The position numbers and the translations under genes are program-made. The notes below the pieces were generated by a model, which was not told where the DNA came from, did not search any database, and saw only the letters and a program-made list of their open reading frames with translations. Shown in pieces: positions 46,661-60,268 of a stretch of 64,000 nt of DNA. How positions within the stretch are numbered: position 1 is the first letter of the stretch; each line of letters starts with the position of its first letter. The stretch comes from Squalus acanthias (Eukaryota). Where the stretch lies: NCBI GenBank assembly GCA_030390025.1, contig CM059438.1, positions 66,466,001 through 66,530,000 on the forward strand. The letters are read 5' to 3'.

Positions 46661-48386
46661 TACTTATGTGTATAACCAACTGCCTCAGTGTACAGTGTTA
46701 AGAATGCATTGGTAGGTATTGCAGATGCGCTGATGGCAATTTAACAGTGCCAAACCATTGGTAATAGAATCAGGAGCATCAGGAGGCAACTTTCGCTGTT
46801 ATATGCCAGGGTTGTACGTCCACTTCAGGAAGCTATCAATGCAGCGCTATTGGTATTCGGCACTGAAAGAAAGAAAGAAAAAGAACTTGCATTTATATAG
46901 CACCTTTCACAACCTCAGGACGTCCCAAAGTGCTTCACAGCCAATTAAGTACTTTTGAAGTGTAGTCACTGTTGTAATGTAGGAAACGCGACAGCCAATT
47001 TGCACATGGTCCCAAAGACAGTAATGAGGCAGCTCACTGCAAAATCAAGGCACAGGCATCGGACTTTTGACATGTTTAGCGGTGATGAACTTTGGTTCCT
47101 GATGATCAAATGGCTCAATGTCAGTGTAAATGGTATGAAATGAGACTAGGTGCACCTGACTAATGCAGCAAACCTGTCTGAAGTGCCTTTATGCTTGGTA
47201 GTGACAAAATGGAGCTTAAAATTCCCAAAGTTTGGCCATATTGTCACAAACTGTAATGAGCAACTTTTTGAAAAGCAAAATTGCATTCCTCATTTGGCCA
47301 AAATTTTAAGCCCCTATTGCAGTGAATAAAGTCCACATATTTGGTTATTTTGATGTGCTGGTTCTCAAAACCAGTAATTGAATTAGGATTTAGTAACTGG
47401 GCAAGAGCTCACCCTGCGCGAGGAAATGTGCCTGGTGAGAAAAAGATTGTGCCCCGCCCCTGCACAATCAAGTAGCCTGCCACTGCTCACTGCCTGGGAT
47501 CATAGATGACTAATGCCCACATGGGCACTGTACCCAAGAGATGCCTGCACCCATGGAACCATGCCCCAGGTATGAGTCACCATCTCCAGGAGCCAACAGG
47601 TGGAACTGGGGTTTAAAAAAAGTGTGTAATTCAAGCAAAAAGAAAACACTGATAAGTATCTTCAATTTAGTAAGTGAATGGGTTGAAGATCATTTTTGTT
47701 TTTAAGTCTATAAACACTGAGGGAACTGCCCCAGAAAACTCAAAGTTGTGCAGAGAGTAAGTTCTTCACTGGATTAAGTAATGGTATACTAGCCTCACAA
47801 GAAACTATCTGTAATATATATGAGGTTACTCTGTGTTAATCTTTGTGCATTTGCATTGTATTTAGACATCATATTTTCTTATTCGAACACATACGAACTA
47901 ATATTGAATCAGTGACGGGAACTCACCAAAATTAACATAATTAAAATAACAGTAATGAAGAAAATAATGGCACTAAAGAGTGACAAATCGCCAGGATCAG
48001 ATGGTTTCCATCTCAGGGTTTTAAAGGAAGTGGGTGAGAACATTGCAGATGCCCTAACTATAATCTTCCAAAGTTCTCTAGATTCAGGAACCTTTCCTTT
48101 AGATTGGAAACTTGCGTATGTCACTTCACTATTTAGGAAAGGTGAGAGAGGGAAACCAAGGAATTATAGACCAGTTAGCCAAACATCTGTTGTCGGGAAA
48201 TTATTAGAGTCTATAATTAAGGAGAGACTGACTGAACAACTTGAAAATTTGCTGCTGATCAGAGAGAGTCAGCATGGATTTGTGAAAGGTAGGTCATGCC
48301 TGACGAACCTGAGTGAATTTTTTGGAAGAGGTGACTAATGCAGTGGACAGGGGAATGTTTATGGATGTTATTTATGTGGACTTCCA

Positions 48387-51300
48387 TATGAGGGAACGTT
48401 AGCATAGTGGTTAAGTTATTGGACTAGTAATCCAAAGGCCTGGACTAATGGTTCAGAGATATGAATTCAAATTCCACCACAGCAGCTGAGAAATTTGAAG
48501 TCAGTTAATTAAATAAATCTGGAATAAAAAGCTAGTATCAGTAATGGTAACCATGAAACTACTGGATTGTTGTAAAAACCCATCTGGCTCACCAATGTCC
48601 TTTAGGGAAGGAAATCTGCCGTCCTTACCTGGTCTGGCCTATATGTGATGCAGAACCACAGTAATGTGGTTGACTCTTAACTGCCCTCTGAAATGGCCGA
48701 GCAAGCCATTCAGTTGTACAAACCGCTACAGAAAACCATAATAAGAATAAAACCAGACGGATGATCTGGTGGGGGACTTGTGCTAAAATTGGGAGAGCTG
48801 TTACACAACAGCATGACATAGTCATACTCACAGAATCATACCTTTCAGCCAATATCCCAGACTGCTCCATCATGTCCCGCCCACCAGAGGAAGTGGCCCA
48901 GTATAGGATGGGTCCTGGGAGTTCTCAACATTGACTCCACAAAGTCTCAGGGCAAGGAAACCTCTTGCCCTCCCTCAGCTGATAAATCAGTACTCCTCCA
49001 GGTCGAAGCACTGAGGGTAGCATGTATGCTGGTTGGGGGACTTCAATGTCCATAACCAAGAGTGGCTCAGTAGCTACTGGCCTGAAGGACATAACTGCCA
49101 GTCTGGGCCTGAGAACCAACACGAGGGGAAAAACCTACTTGACCTCGTGCTCACCAATCTACCTGTCACAGATACATCTGTCCATGACAGTATTGGTAGC
49201 GGTGACCACCGCACAGTTATTGTGGAGACAACGACCCGTCTTCACACTGAGGACACCCTCCATCATGTGTGGCACTACCACCGTGCTAAATTGGATAGAT
49301 TAAGAACAGATCTAGCAGCTCAAAACTGGGCATCCATGAGGTGCTGTGGGTCATCAGCAGCAGCAGAATTGTATTCCACCACAATCTGTAACCTCATGGC
49401 CCAGCATATCCCTCACTCTACCATTACCATAAAGCCAGGGACCAACCCTGGTTCAAGGAGGAGTGTAGAAGAGTATATCAGGAGCAGCACCAGGCATACC
49501 TAAAAATGAGGTGCCAACCTGGGGAAGCTGCAACAGGACTACATGTATGCTAAACAGCGAAAGCAGCATGTATAGACAGGGCTAAGCGATCCCACAATCA
49601 ACGGATCAGATCAAAGCTCTGCAGTCCTGCCACATCAATCATAAATGGTGGTGAACAATTAAACAACTAACGGGAGGAGGAGGCTCCATGAATATCCCCA
49701 TCCTCAATGATGGTGGAGCCCAGCACGCGAATGCAAAAGACAAGGGTGAAGTGTTTGCAACCATCTTCAGCCAGAAGTATCGAGTGGATGATACATATCG
49801 GCCTCCTCCTGAGGTCCCCACCATTACAGCAGCCAGTCTTCAGCCAATTCGATTCACTCCACGTGATATCAAGAAACGGCTGAACGCACTGGATACAGCA
49901 AAGGCTGTGGGCCCCGACAACATCCCAGCTGTCGTGCTGAAGAATTGTGCTCCAGAACTAGCTGCGCCTCTAGCCAAGCTGTTCGAGGACAGCTACAACA
50001 CTGGCATAAGAACATAAGAACATAAGAAATAGGAGCAGGAGTAGGCCAATTGGCCCCTCGAGCCTGCTCCGCCATTCAATAAGATCATGGCTGATCTGAT
50101 CCTAACCGCCAATCTACTATCACAGAATCATCTCCTGAACCTAACAGAATTGCACACACGAAATAGGAGCAGGATCAGGCTACACGGCCCCTGGGCCCGC
50201 TACGCTACCCACAGGGCCATGACCGATCCGAACTTAGACTCATGTCCAAATTCCTGCCCGCTCCCCGTAACCCTTAATTCCCTTTACTTCTAGGAAACTG
50301 TCTATTTCTGTTTTAAATTTATGTAATGATGTAGCTTCTACAGCTTTTTGGGGCAGCATATTCCATGGACCTACCACCCTCTGAGTGAAGTAGTTCCTTC
50401 TCATCTCAGTTTTAAAAGAGCAGCCCCTTATTCTAAGACTATGCCCCCTAGTTCTAGTTTCACCCATCATCGGGAACATCCTCCCCGCATCCACCCGATC
50501 CAACCCCTTCACAATTTTATATGTTTCAATAAGATCGCCTCTCATTCTTCTGAACTCCAATAAGTAGAGTCCCAATCTATCGAACCTCTCCTCATATGTC
50601 CATCCCCTCATCCCCGGGATTAACCGAGTGAACCTTCTTTGTACTGACTCGAGAGCAAGTATGTCTTTTCTTAAGTATGGACACCAAAACTGTATGCAGT
50701 ATTCCAGGTGCGGTCTCACCAATACCTTGTACAACTGAAGCAATACCTCCCTATTTTTATATTCTATCCCCTTAGCAATGAAAGCCAACATTCCAATGGC
50801 CTTCTTAATCACTTGCTGCACCTGCATACTAACCTTTTGAGTTTCGTGCACCAGGATCCCCAGATCCCTTTGTACTTCAGTACTTTCCAGTTTCTTGCCA
50901 TTTAGATAATAACTTGCTCTACTATTTTTCCTGCCAAAGTGCATAACCTCACACTTTCCAGTATTGTATTCCATCTGCCAAATCTCTGCCCACTTACTTA
51001 GCCTGTCTATGTCCCCTTGCAGATTTTTTATGTCCTCCTCACTCACTACTTTCCCTCCCATCTTAGTATCATCTGCAAACTTTGATATGTTACACTCGGT
51101 CCCCTCCTCCAAATCGTTAATATAGATTGTAAACAGTTGGGGACCCAGCACTGACCCCTGCGGAACACCACTAGTTACTGATTGCCAGTCTGAAAATGAA
51201 CCATTTATCCCAACTCTCTGCCTTCTGTTAGATAGCCAATCCTCTATCCATGCCAGAATATTACCTCCAATCCCATGATTTTTTATCTTAAGCAATAATC

Positions 51301-54300
51301 TTTTGTGTGGCACCTTGTCAAATGCCTTTTGGAAGTCTAAATACACCACATCCACTGGTTCCCCTTTATCCACCCTGTGTGTTATCTCCTCAAAGAACTC
51401 CAGCAAATTTGTCAAACATGACTTCCCCTTCATAAAACCATGCTGACTTTGTCCTATTAAATTATGATTATCCAAATGTCCCGTTACTGTCTCCTTAATA
51501 ATGGACTCCAAAATGTTACCTACCACAGATGTTAGGCTAACCATAGTTAGCTAACTATAGTTTCCAGCCTTCTGTCTACTGCCCTTTTCAAATAAGGGTG
51601 TTACATTAGCAGTTTTCCAGTCTGCCGGGATCTTTGCTGAGTCCAGGGAGTTTTGGAAAATTATTACCAATGCATCCACAATCCCTACCGCCACTTCCCT
51701 CAAGACCCTAGGATGTAAGCCATCAGGTCCAGGTGATTTATCCACCTTGAGTCCCATTATTTTACCGAGTACCACTTCCTTTGTGATTTTGATCGTGTTT
51801 AGCTCCTCCCCCCCATAGCCCCCTGTTTGTCCAGTGTTGGGATATTCTTAGTGTCCTCTACTGTAAAGACTGATACAAAATATTCATTCAGTGTATTTGT
51901 CATCTCCATATTTCCCACCATTAGTTTCCCGGTCTCATCCTCTAAGGGACCAACATTTACTTTAGCCACCCTTTTTCTTTTTATATAACAAAAAAATATT
52001 ACTATCTGTTTTTATATTTTTTGCTAATTTACTTTCATAATCTATCTTCCCTTTCTTAATCAATCTTTTTGTTATTTTTTGCTGTCTTTTAAAGTTTTCC
52101 CAATCCTCTATCCTCCCACTAGATTTGGCTACCTTATAAGCCCTTGTTTTTAGTCAAATACTATCCTTAATTTCTTTACTTAGCCACGGATGACTGTCTT
52201 TTCTTTTACACCCTTTTCTTCTCAGTGGAATATTTTTTTTTGGAAGTTGTAAAATAACTCCTTAAATGTACACCACTGATCATGTATCGTCTTACCCTTT
52301 AATCTATTTTCCCAATCCACTCTTCTAAATTCCACTTGCATACCTTCATAGTCTCCTTTATTCAAGCTTAGCACGCTTGTTTGAGATCCAACCTTCTCAC
52401 CCTCTAATTGAATATGGAATTCAACCATGTTATGGTCACTCATTCCAAGGGGATCCTTTACTAGGACATTTTTAATTAATCCTGTCTCGCTACACAGGAC
52501 CAGATCTAAAGTTGCTTGCCCCCTGGTCGGTTCAGTTACGTACTGCTCAAGAAACCCATCCCTAATACACTCAATGAACTCATCCTCAAGGCAACCCTGC
52601 CCAATTTGATTTGTCCAATTAATATGATAGTTAAAATCCCCCATAATTATAGATGTTCCCTTATTACAAGCCTCAACCATTTCCCAATTGATACTCCATC
52701 CAACAGAGTTGCAACTATTCGGAGGCCTATAGACTACGCCCACTAGTGTTTTTTTCCCCTTATTATTCCTTATCTCCACCCAAACTGTTTCATTATCCTG
52801 ATCTTTTGACCCAATATCATTTCTCTGTATTACAGTGATTCCTTCCTTTATTAACATAGCCACCCCACCTCCCCTTCCTTCCTGCCTGTCCTTCCTGATC
52901 GTTAAATACCCTGGTATGTTTAATTCCCAGGCATTGTCACCCTGCAGCCATGTTTCTGTAATGGCCACAAGATCATACCAATATATAGTTATTTGTGCCA
53001 TTAACTCGTCTATTTTGTTACGAATGCTACGTGCATTCAGATAGAGAACTTTCAAATATGTTTTGTGACACTTAGTTCCTGACCCGACAATGTGGAAAAC
53101 TGTCCAGGTACGTCCTGTCCACAAAAAGCAGGACAAATCCAATCTGGCCAATTACCGCCCCGTCAATCTACTCTCAATCATCAGCAAAGTGATGGAAGGT
53201 GTAGTTGACAGTGCTATCAAGCGGCACTTACTCACCAATAACCTGCTCACCTGGGTTCCGCCAGGACCACTCGGCTCCAGACCTCATTACAGCCTTGGTC
53301 CAAACATGGACAAAAGAGCTGAATTCCAGAGGTGAGGTGAGAGTGACTGCTCTTGACATCAAGGCAGCATTTGACCGAGTGAGGCATCAAGGAGCCCTAG
53401 TACAATTGAAATCAATGGGAATTGGGAAAAGTCTCCACTGGTTGGAGTCATACCTAGCACAAATGAAGATGGTTGTAGTTTTTGGAGGTCAATCATCTCA
53501 GTCCCAGGACATCGCTGCAGGAGTTCCTCAGGGCAGTGTTCTAGGTGCAACGATCTTCAGCTGCTTATAACCTTCCCTCCATCATAAGTGGGGATGTTCG
53601 CTGAAGATTGCACAGTGTTCAGTTCCATTCACAATTCCCTAGATAATGAAGCAGTCCATGCCCGCATGCAGCAAGACCTGGACAATATTCAGGCTTGGGC
53701 TGTAAATGGCAAGTAACTTTCGTGCCACACAAGTGCCAGACAATGACTATCTCCAACAAGAGAGAGTCTAACCACTGCCCCTTGACATTCAACAGCATTA
53801 CCATCGCCGAATCCCCCACCATCAACATCCTGGGGGGTCACCATTGACCAGAAATTTAACTGGACCAGCCACATAAATATGGGGCCACAAGAGCAGGTCA
53901 GAGGCTAGGTATTCTGCGACGAGTGTCTCATCTCCTGACTCCCCAAAGACTTTCCACCATCTACAAGGCACAAGTCAGGAGTGTGATGGAATACTCTCCA
54001 CTTGCCTGGATGAGTGCAGCTCCAACAGCACTCAAGAAGCTCGACACCATCCAGGACAAAGCAGCCGACTTGATTTGCACCCCATCCAGCACCTTAAACA
54101 TTCACTCCCTCCACCACCAGTGCACCGTGGCTGCAGTGTGTACCATCTAGAAGATGTACTGCAGCAACTCGCCAAGGCTTCTTCGGCAGCACCTCCCAAA
54201 CCCGCGACCTCTACCATTAGAAGGACAAGGGCAGCAGGCGCATGGGAACACCACCACCTGTAAATTCCCTTCCAAGTTACACACCATCCTGACGTGGAAA

Positions 54301-54481
54301 TATATCGCCGTTCCTTCATTGTCACTGGGTCAAAATCCTGGAACTCCCTCCCTAACAGCACTGTGGGAGTACCTTCACCACATGGACTGCAGCGGTTCAA
54401 GAAGGCGGCTCACCACCACCTTCTCAAAGGCAACTAGGGATGGGCAATAAATGCTGGCCTTGCCAGCGACGCCCACATCCT
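48387..54481 (+). mobile_element. Near full-length degenerate LINE (second family) with a tRNA-like 5' head, split by a CR1 insertion at ~50008-53080
   Basis: Endonuclease motifs GDFNVH, LDLVLTN, GDH. The RT resumes at 53083 where the 23950 copy is continuous (ACTGGCAT|..|ACCCGAC). Confidence 0.85.
50008..53080 (-). mobile_element. Relatively young CR1 LINE, ORF2 nearly complete (APE endonuclease + RT) with a few frameshifts
   Basis: ORFs 52222..53151, 51551..51775 and 50240..51544. YLNARSIRNK, GDFN, SDH, QGSVLGP, SKFADDTK intact. (TTCTTATG)n tail. Confidence 0.95.
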
Positions 54482-54579
54482 AGGAAATAGAAAGCCACAA
54501 ATCTAAGTTTGCTGTTGACACAAAGATAGGTGGCATTGTAAGCAGTGTAGAGGGAAGCATAACATTACAAAGAGATAAT

Positions 54580-55342
54580 GGCCTGAAAATTAAACCTAAT
54601 ACGCGAGAGTACGCACTGTGTACTCTCGCGTATTAGATCCCGAATTGCCGGTTTCCTGCATGCACTGTGCATGCGCGGGAAACCGGCACTTCGTGAATTG
54701 AAAAGGGGGCGGTTCCTAAGTAAACCGCGTGCGCGCTACAGGCTGTGCGCATGCAGTGCACTTAGTTATTTTTTCAGCTTTGAACGCGCAGGTAAGTGGT
54801 GAAGATTTTACACATAAAGAAAGCAGGCGTAGGACACGCTTTTAACAAGGTAAGTAGTTAATTAAGTGTTATTTGAAATTTTTTTCAACAGGTTTATCTT
54901 TTTTAGAGACTTTAAAGAAAGGTAAGTTTATTTTTATAACTTTTAAAAAGATTTTAAATTTTTTCAAAAATTTAATTTTTTGTTTAAAGTGGTTAATTTA
55001 TTTAACTATACTTATTTTATTAATGTGATGGCTTTTTTAAAATTTAATTGAGGTTTAGCTCTTCTTTTGGGGGCTTGTAGTATTCATAGCTTTGACAGGT
55101 CTTCCTGTCAAAACTATGAATGAAAGATGGTGTGCTGCCATTGGCTCTAACTGAATCACGTGATCCCAGAGCTCGCACGAACTAATTGCGTCTCTGGGTC
55201 ACGCAAGCACTGCACGGTTCCAAGAGAGAGAGCCTTTCAAACTAAAGTTCATGTGGGCCCGGAGCAAAAAGGTAGGCGCGGAGTGCGATATCGCGGGGAA
55301 TCCTTACCCCCGCGGGAACCATCCATGTTTAATTTCTGGGCC
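54580..55342. mobile_element. Harbinger-type MITE (763 bp), inverted relative to 41422-42185
   Basis: TIRs and TSD AAT; interrupts the CR1 RT. Confidence 0.9.
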
Positions 55343-56205
55343 AATAATAGATTAAGCAAATCGGCAAAACTGTGCAAATGGATTTCAATGTAGGCAAATA
55401 TGAGCTCATCTACTTTGGACCTAAAAAGGATAGGACAGAGTACTTTCTAAATGGTGAAAAGTTAGAAACAGTGGAAGTCCTAAGAGACTTGGGGGTCCTT
55501 GTACATAGATCATTAAATTGTCATGGATAAGTACAGGAAATGATCAAAAGGCTGATGGAATATAGAGAACAGGAATACAAGGGGGTAGAAGTTTTGCTAC
55601 AGCTATACAAAACCCTGGAATACTGTGAGCAGTTCTGGGCACCACACCTTAGGAAGGATATATTGGCCTTGGAGGGAGTCCAGCGTAGATTTAGCAGAAT
55701 GATACCTGATTACACAAACTAGGGTTGCATTCCCTGGAATTTAGACGGTTAAGGGTGATTTGAATGACGTTTCCAATATATTGAAATATATAGAAAGAAA
55801 CTATTTCCACTGGTTGGGGAGTCTAGGACTAGGAGGCATAGCCTTACAATTAGAGCCAGGCCTTTCAGGAGTGAAGTTAGGAAACACTTGCGCACACAAA
55901 GGGTGGTAGAAGTTTGGAACTCTTTTCTGCAAATGGCAGTTGATACTAGGTCAATTGTTAATTTTAAATGTGAGATTGATAGATTTTGTTAACTAAAGAT
56001 ATTAAGGGATCTGGGGCAAAGGCGGGTATATGGAGTTAGGTCACAGATCAGTCATGATCTCAATGAATGACAGAACAGGCTCAAGGGGATCAATGTCCTA
56101 CTCCTGTTCCTATGTTCCTACGGGCACTTGTCTACCAATTGGATCAGCAACCATTTATCACATGTATCACAATGTCTTCACGGCAACTTGTGTTCTCTGA
56201 GGTAC

Positions 56206-58185
56206 TGTAAAGGAATATACTATATAACCTTTTTCGAAAAATATACTGGGGCAGAAATTCCGATCCCTACGGGTGTGTACGTGCTGTGTACTCACCGTAG
56301 GGCCAACGGAAATGCCGGTTTTAGGCATGCACTGCGCATGCGCTGGAAACCGGCATTTCCGATCTGTCAAGAAAGCTCTTGACAGATCCTCCGCCTGCCC
56401 GGGAGAAGGGCCTCTGCGGGCGGAGAGTTCCATTTTTTGGAGACCCTCCGCCCGCAGAAAACACTTACAATTCTTGCACCTGGTAAAAGCACGCGTAAGG
56501 CCTGCTTTTACCAGGATAAGAGTTGAAAAAAGTTTTAAAAAAAATTCCACTGATTTATCATTTAAAAGTACTTTAAAGAAAGGTAAGTTTATTTTTAGCC
56601 CCGTTAAAAACTTTAATTATTTTTTTTTAAAATAAATTTTTTGTTTAAAAGTCTTAATTTACTGTAATTTAAAGTAATTTTATAAATGTGATGTTTTTTT
56701 TAATTTATTTAAGTTTTACTATGTTTTGGGGGTGATCTCTATTCATATATTTGACAGGTCTTTCTGTCAAATGTATGAAGGGAGATTCCCTTCTCTGATT
56801 GGCTCCCCATGGCCCACGTGATCCCAGGGATGCTGCGAACCGCCTGCGCCTCTGGGATACGTGGGCCCTGCGCACTGGCAGTTTGGAGAGGCCCAGCAAT
56901 GGAACTCTGCGCCTCCCGGGAGCCCTCCGCTCCAGGCGCAGATTTTTCCAGATTGCAGCCCTCCACCCGTGGGAGGCCTGCGAACGGAATTTCTGGGCCA
57001 CTATATAGCCTTTTTAGAAAAATACACTATCTTATGAAAGAATTCTGGCCTTGTTGAGATAAGACAGTGGTTGACCCTGAAGATTATCTTATAAGGAACT
57101 CTACCTTATATATTCTTTAAAACATGACAAACAGGTTTGAAAATCTAGAAACCTAACTATGAAATAGCTATGAAAGAATTCTGGCTAATGAAACAAGACA
57201 AGTTGTTGACCCTGAATAAATAACCTTATTGAAACAGAAGAATGGGATGGCTCCGAGTGGCTGACCTTTTGGGAACAACACAATGGTCAACCCTGGATAA
57301 GTGATATAAATTAAACCTTGTAAAGATGGCACATAAGATAAGGAACATCTACCCTCGTAAAGATGACACATAAAATAAGGGACATCTGCCCTTCACACCT
57401 CCTATATGGTGAACCCAGAACACCTGGAGATGTGGTAGATTCTGGAATATTACAAGCTGATGTGGCAGTAAAGAATTGCAGAGGTCAGCAGAAAGATGAA
57501 TAGTAATAATTAACTTGTATCAGCAGAAACCTTAAGGAAATACAACTGAAAAAGGGTATAAATATTGAAGTCTCAAATGAGATTTCAGACTCACTTTAAT
57601 CGGGCAAAGCGATTCTCGACTACAGAGGCGACTCTGTGGTCTTCCACTCTTTGTACCTTGGGGATCAAAGGTATTTTGATGTTGATGGATATCCTGTATA
57701 GAAAATTTTAAGAACTGTCGCGAAGTTAAGATTTAAAAGTAAGATTCTCTGTTAAAATAAGATCGTATTTTTTCTCTTTTTAGAACTGTTAACGTTGCGA
57801 TTGACTGATTCACCAACTGTAAATTGCATGTCGGTTCTTTTAATAAATCTCTGTATATTTTTAGAATTGTCTTCTGTATCAATAACTCGTGTACTCAATC
57901 TCTGTACACTCTTTGGTGAAGAGTTTCATTTCTGAAGGAGATCTCCGGACCCTCATAATATCCGAGATGTTACAGTCTAGCTTAACGTATTAAAAGTGCT
58001 CTCTGGAGGACGGTAACATTCTTGGGTTATTCCTTTCCTTTAGGGAGAGATAGCCCAGACCTTTAGACCCAGTTAAGCGTCTTTAGGATTCGGCTACCTC
58101 AAACTTTAGTTGAAAGTGAACATCTGAGAAATACGCCTGATCCGGGATAGCTCCAAAGGGGCTAAGACTAGTAAATATCCCTTCA
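56206..58185 (+). repeat. Solo LTR of an unrelated family (~1.2 kb) interrupted by a MITE
   Basis: TGTAAAGG...CCCTTCA termini, 4-bp TSD GTAC (56202-56205, 58186-58189), U3-like direct repeats, TATAAA at ~57557, AATAAA at ~57842. Confidence 0.78.
56248..56999. mobile_element. Harbinger-type MITE related to the 41422 family
   Basis: GGGGCAGAAATTCC / GGAATTTCTGGGCC TIRs; TSD ACT. Confidence 0.88.
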
Positions 58186-59676
58186 GTACCTGCACTACTT
58201 TAATCCCTTGTGGACTTCACTTGGTCTAATGCTTGTTAAAAATACGACTAAAAGCTCTTTAAGGACAGCAGGGTTGGGAGATGTACATTAGATTGCAAGC
58301 AATCCATATAAATCAGCTTGCTAGAGGCAATCGAAGATAGTTTCACATTTTAGTTATTTTTTGCACTCATCACTGCAGTGATAACTCTATTCATTTGAAT
58401 TGAGCAGGGTCCTTGCCAAATTAGCCTGATAGATTCCACTCTTGTGTAGGGCAGTTGCCTAAATGCTCACACTGGAGCTAGGCTCAGGGGAAACAATACA
58501 GTAGATTGCAGGGACAGGAGATTCTGCCTTGGGCTAAAGGACAGACTGCAGGACAGACATTCTGTTCATGTTAAATAGACGACCCACTGATGTGTGGAAG
58601 TGCAGTGTGTCCATTACTTAATATTATTACGTGAAGACAATTGGCATTGATTGAAGCAAGTGAATCAGATCAGAATTGTTGCTGTGTACGTTTCTGGGCT
58701 GTGAAATAAAGCAGCTTAATGATTCATATCCGACCTCCTCTCACTCAAGTGTTCACTGGGCCTGCCTTTGAAGGGAATGAAAAAACTACACATGCGAAAG
58801 ATACAAGTGTCCAGTCGCAAAGGTTTATTACGACACCACTGGGTTACGATATTGTAAAAGTAGATGTAGGGCAGTGTGGCTCAACTCCCAATTAAGTAAA
58901 AAAAGATTTCAGACAATTGATGCCACTGAACTTAAGTAAGAGTCAAATATGTAATCTTAGGCTGTGCAGATGTTTGGTGATCAAAAAAAAACTAGATGGC
59001 TACCTCAATTTGTGAACTCTGTTTTCATTGACATGAGGGATGTTACCCTAGGAATATGGAACACCAGCATCAGACAGCTCTAGGTCAGGTGTGGCACACT
59101 GGAAACTGGATTGGGACTGCCTTAATACATTGCATGTCCGGCGTTTACAGACAGCAAACAGGAGATGTATCTCATCAATCTGACCAGCAACTCTGGTCCC
59201 ACAGGTGAAATGCAAGTGTCCAATCTACTGAACCATTTCTACTCCCTTTGACTCCTGTTTCAAAAGAAATGGACATTGGAATAGCACACTATTTATTTTC
59301 TAGCCCTCTGCAGAGAAAATTGCAGTCCAACCAATCTGTGACTTGAACTTTGCAATTAGGCGGCAATTATTTTGAGATGATATTGCTTGGGAACGCTGGC
59401 TAACTCAATTGGACTTTGAAAAGTACAATTGCTTTGCTTTTCTAACTCTCTATTTCAAATTGCTTGGTGGTTTGTGCACAACCCTGAGCTTACAATGGGA
59501 CACAATGGAAAAGTGAGTGTCTCATTCAGCACTGCATGATCTCAATCAGCCGTTGCCAGATACACAGTGCATTTTCAGGGTGTTTATGCTTATGCTTCTC
59601 CCATTTCTTTTTTTTGTCTCCTGCTGTGATCCCGTGGAATAATGACCTTTTGAAGCAGAGTGACGTAAAATGCAAA

Positions 59677-60212
59677 TTTGTGGTCACCACATTACAGGAA
59701 AGATGTGATTGCACTAGAGAGGGCACAGAGGAGATTTACAAGGATGTTGCCGGGAGTAGAGAATCTTAGCTATGAGGAAAGACTGGATAGGCTGGGTCTG
59801 TTTTCCTTGGAACAGAGGAGGCTGAGGGGAGACCTGATTGAGGTGTATAAAATTATGAGGGACCTAGATAAAGTGGATAGAAAGGACCTATTTCCCTTAG
59901 CAGAGGGGTCAAAAACCAGGGGGCACAGATTTCAAGTAATTGGGGGAAGGTTTAGAGGGGATTTGAGGGGAAATTTCTTCACCCAGAGGGTTGTGGGGGT
60001 CTGGAATTCACTGCCTGAAAGGGTGGTAGAGGCAGGAACCCTAACCACATTTAAAAAGTACTTGGATGTGCACTTGGGATGCTGTAACCTGCAGGGCTAC
60101 GGACCAAGAGCTGGGAAGTGGGATTAGGCTGGATAGCTCTTTGTTGGCCGGCGCGGACACGATGGGCCGAAATGGCCTCCTTCCGTGCTGTAACTTTCTA
60201 TGATCCTATGAT
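59677..60212 (+). mobile_element. CR1 LINE 3' fragment (well preserved)
   Basis: WSPHYRKDVIALERAQRRFTRMLPG..RGDLIEVYKIM..WNSLP; TTCTATGATCCTATG tail. Confidence 0.92.
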
Positions 60213-60268
60213 TTAAATAAAGTGTCCCTAAGTAACGTGTCTCAAAATAAATTGAGTACAGAAACTGT

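Larger units (their letters stand above)
47910..56120 (+). mobile_element. Old CR1 LINE (47910-48386 and 54490-56120) split by nested insertions
   Basis: DKSPGSDG..NYRPVS..SQHGFVKGRSCLTNL..MDVIYVDF, resuming as SKFAVDTK after 54490 and ending in a 3' tail at ~56120. Confidence 0.8.
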
